From assembly GCF_003987855.1 (NCBI RefSeq), contig NZ_RXIZ01000003.1:18233-82232 (forward strand): a DNA stretch of 64,000 bases. The letters are read 5' to 3'. Both the position numbers and the translations under genes were made by a program. The notes beneath the pieces are model-generated. The model did not search any database. It saw only the letters and a list, made by a program, of their open reading frames with translations, and was not told the DNA's origin. Position 1 is the stretch's first letter. Each line of letters begins with the position of its first letter. The DNA comes from Hyphomicrobium sp. (GTDB lineage: Bacteria; Pseudomonadota; Alphaproteobacteria; Rhizobiales; Hyphomicrobiaceae). This document shows, piece by piece, positions 62,840 through 64,000 of this stretch.

Positions 62840-62928
62840 TCGCGCGGCACAATAGATGATGTTTTTCGCCTGCGGAAGACCATTTGCACTTGTTGCCGCA
62901 ACGTAAAATAATCCGTCAACGGCGCTTT

Positions 62929-63720
62929 TCATAGACCGCTGAACCAATTATAGCCATAAGTTTCCCAATAGCCGCCTGTATACTCGTTGCCGATCTGAAT
63001 TTCGCCGATGTGCTTGGGGTTCTTGAAACCAAGCTTCGTCGGCACGCGCAGCTTCATGGGGAAGCCATGTCGGCGCGGGAGAATCTGATCATCAAGGAAG
63101 AACGTAAGCTGCGTCTGCGGATGAAGTGCCGTCGCCATGTCGATGCTTGTCACGTAATTATCGTCGCATCGCATTGTCACGTACTTGGCTGTCTTGTCTG
63201 CACCGATCCTTGCTAGGAACTCGGAGAAGCGCACGCCCGTGAACTTGCCTACCGCGCTCCACCCCTCAATGCAGATATGTCGGGTGATCTGGGTCGTCCG
63301 CGGCAGTGCATAGAGCTGATCGAGCGTCCAGTCAGCTTTGCTCTCCACCATCCCAGTGATGTTGAGCCGGTAGGTTGTGGGATCGACGATCGGAGCTTTT
63401 TCGGGCGAGTTGGGAAGGTAGAACGAGTTGAATGGGAACGGTCGGGTGATCATGCTTTCGGGGTATTCACGCGCGAGTTTGCCAGGATTGAACAACCAAG
63501 CCTGAACGCGATCGTTAAAGTCGGACATAAAAGACAACGCTTGCTCTGCCGACGCTCCATCCACGACTTCCCGACCAGCCAGGAGCGTAAGCGTTCCCAG
63601 TCCGAGGGCGTTGCGGAGGAACAAACGACGAGTCGGTACGTCGAGACGGCGCGCTGCCTCTTTCAGCGCGGGACCCGTGTCAGGATGCGGTGATTTCTTG
63701 GGCGTCATTTGCGTGTGCAT
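62929..63720 (-). CDS. molybdopterin-dependent oxidoreductase, sulfite-oxidase family (YedY/MsrP-like), Tat signal
   Basis: It has a Tat signal (TRRLFLRNALGLGTLTLLAG) and the motifs RHICIEGWSAVGKF and HGFPMKLRVPTKLGFKNPKHI. The start at 63720 or 63708 lies just after the upstream cytochrome b stop. Confidence 0.82.
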   Translation of the reverse strand: MHTQMTPKKSPHPDTGPALKEAARRLDVPTRRLFLRNALGLGTLTLLAGREVVDGASAEQALSFMSDFNDRVQAWLFNPGKLAREYPESMITRPFPFNSFYLPNSPEKAPIVDPTTYRLNITGMVESKADWTLDQLYALPRTTQITRHICIEGWSAVGKFTGVRFSEFLARIGADKTAKYVTMRCDDNYVTSIDMATALHPQTQLTFFLDDQILPRRHGFPMKLRVPTKLGFKNPKHIGEIQIGNEYTGGYWETYGYNWFSGL

Positions 63721-63728
63721 TCCGTTTG

Positions 63729-64000
63729 TCAGCGACCAATTATCATTGCTCTGAGGCTCTTCGGAACGATCAGCGACATCGTCACGTGCACAGCAAGAAA
63801 CCCCACAATTGTGCACATGGCCGCGAAGTGCATGATGCGCGCGTTGTCGAAATCCCCGAACAACAAGGTGATCTCCTTGAGCTGCACCGGCTTCCAAATC
63901 GCAAGGCCTGTGATAATCGCCAGCACCCCCGCGGCAATTACGCCGGCATAAAGCGCGCGTTGAACAGCATTGTAGGTCGAGAGATCCTCGTGATCGAGTT
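63729..64000 (-). CDS. cytochrome b (b561/Ni-Fe hydrogenase b-type family) membrane subunit, 5' end outside window
   Basis: The frame is open to the window edge. TM helices carry conserved His residues (IMHFAAMCTIVGFLAVHVTM). It lies upstream of the Mo-oxidoreductase on the same strand. Confidence 0.7.
   Translation of the reverse strand, partial: LDHEDLSTYNAVQRALYAGVIAAGVLAIITGLAIWKPVQLKEITLLFGDFDNARIMHFAAMCTIVGFLAVHVTMSLIVPKSLRAMIIGR

Noticed and set aside
1-64000. A genomic island, prophage or mobile element
   Set aside because: I found no integrase, transposase, tRNA attachment site, phage structural gene or flanking direct repeats. The AT-richer patch around 43.3-48.8 kb contains small conserved-looking genes rather than mobility genes.

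Overview
This is a high-GC, gene-dense 64-kb chromosomal segment. Gene content suggests an alphaproteobacterium of the Hyphomicrobiales/Rhizobiales type: eukaryote-like GSII glnII, an HWE-type histidine kinase, a TIGR02300 FYDL protein, NAD-dependent formate dehydrogenase, and cspA with a long leader. That assignment is an inference only. I can support about 53 protein-coding genes, one RNase Z gene interrupted by a single in-frame TGA, and several hairpin terminators. I found no rRNA, tRNA, CRISPR array, transposase, integrase or phage gene. Recognisable blocks, in order: glnII and dipZ; a yhiI-rbbA-yhhJ-type efflux operon; an MBL-fold alkylsulfatase; a Na+/H+ antiporter; patatin and DUF302; a metzincin protease; bdhA with a LysR regulator and two tandem peroxiredoxin-like genes; cspA; a LuxR regulator followed by a 2351-aa secreted multi-domain protein; a run of small conserved genes with an HWE kinase and a receiver; an arylsulfatase-FGE-arylsulfatase cluster; NAD-FDH with a LysR regulator; DUF2946-TonB receptor-PepSY; ECF sigma with a ChrR-like anti-sigma; and a Mo-oxidoreductase with cytochrome b. 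The best candidate for an undescribed system is the four-gene operon at 16.7-22.9 kb. It encodes a MotA/TolQ/ExbB-type channel with no recognisable MotB/TolR/ExbD partner. The channel gene is translationally coupled to a bitopic coiled-coil protein and is followed by two paralogous Zn-knuckle/TM/Pro-rich/Sel1-repeat proteins. The second candidate is the giant Cys-paired Ig-like repeat protein, which carries a novel-looking C-terminal cysteine-knot tandem repeat. All family calls come from motif recognition by eye. No database search was run, and hairpin coordinates may be off by a few nt.
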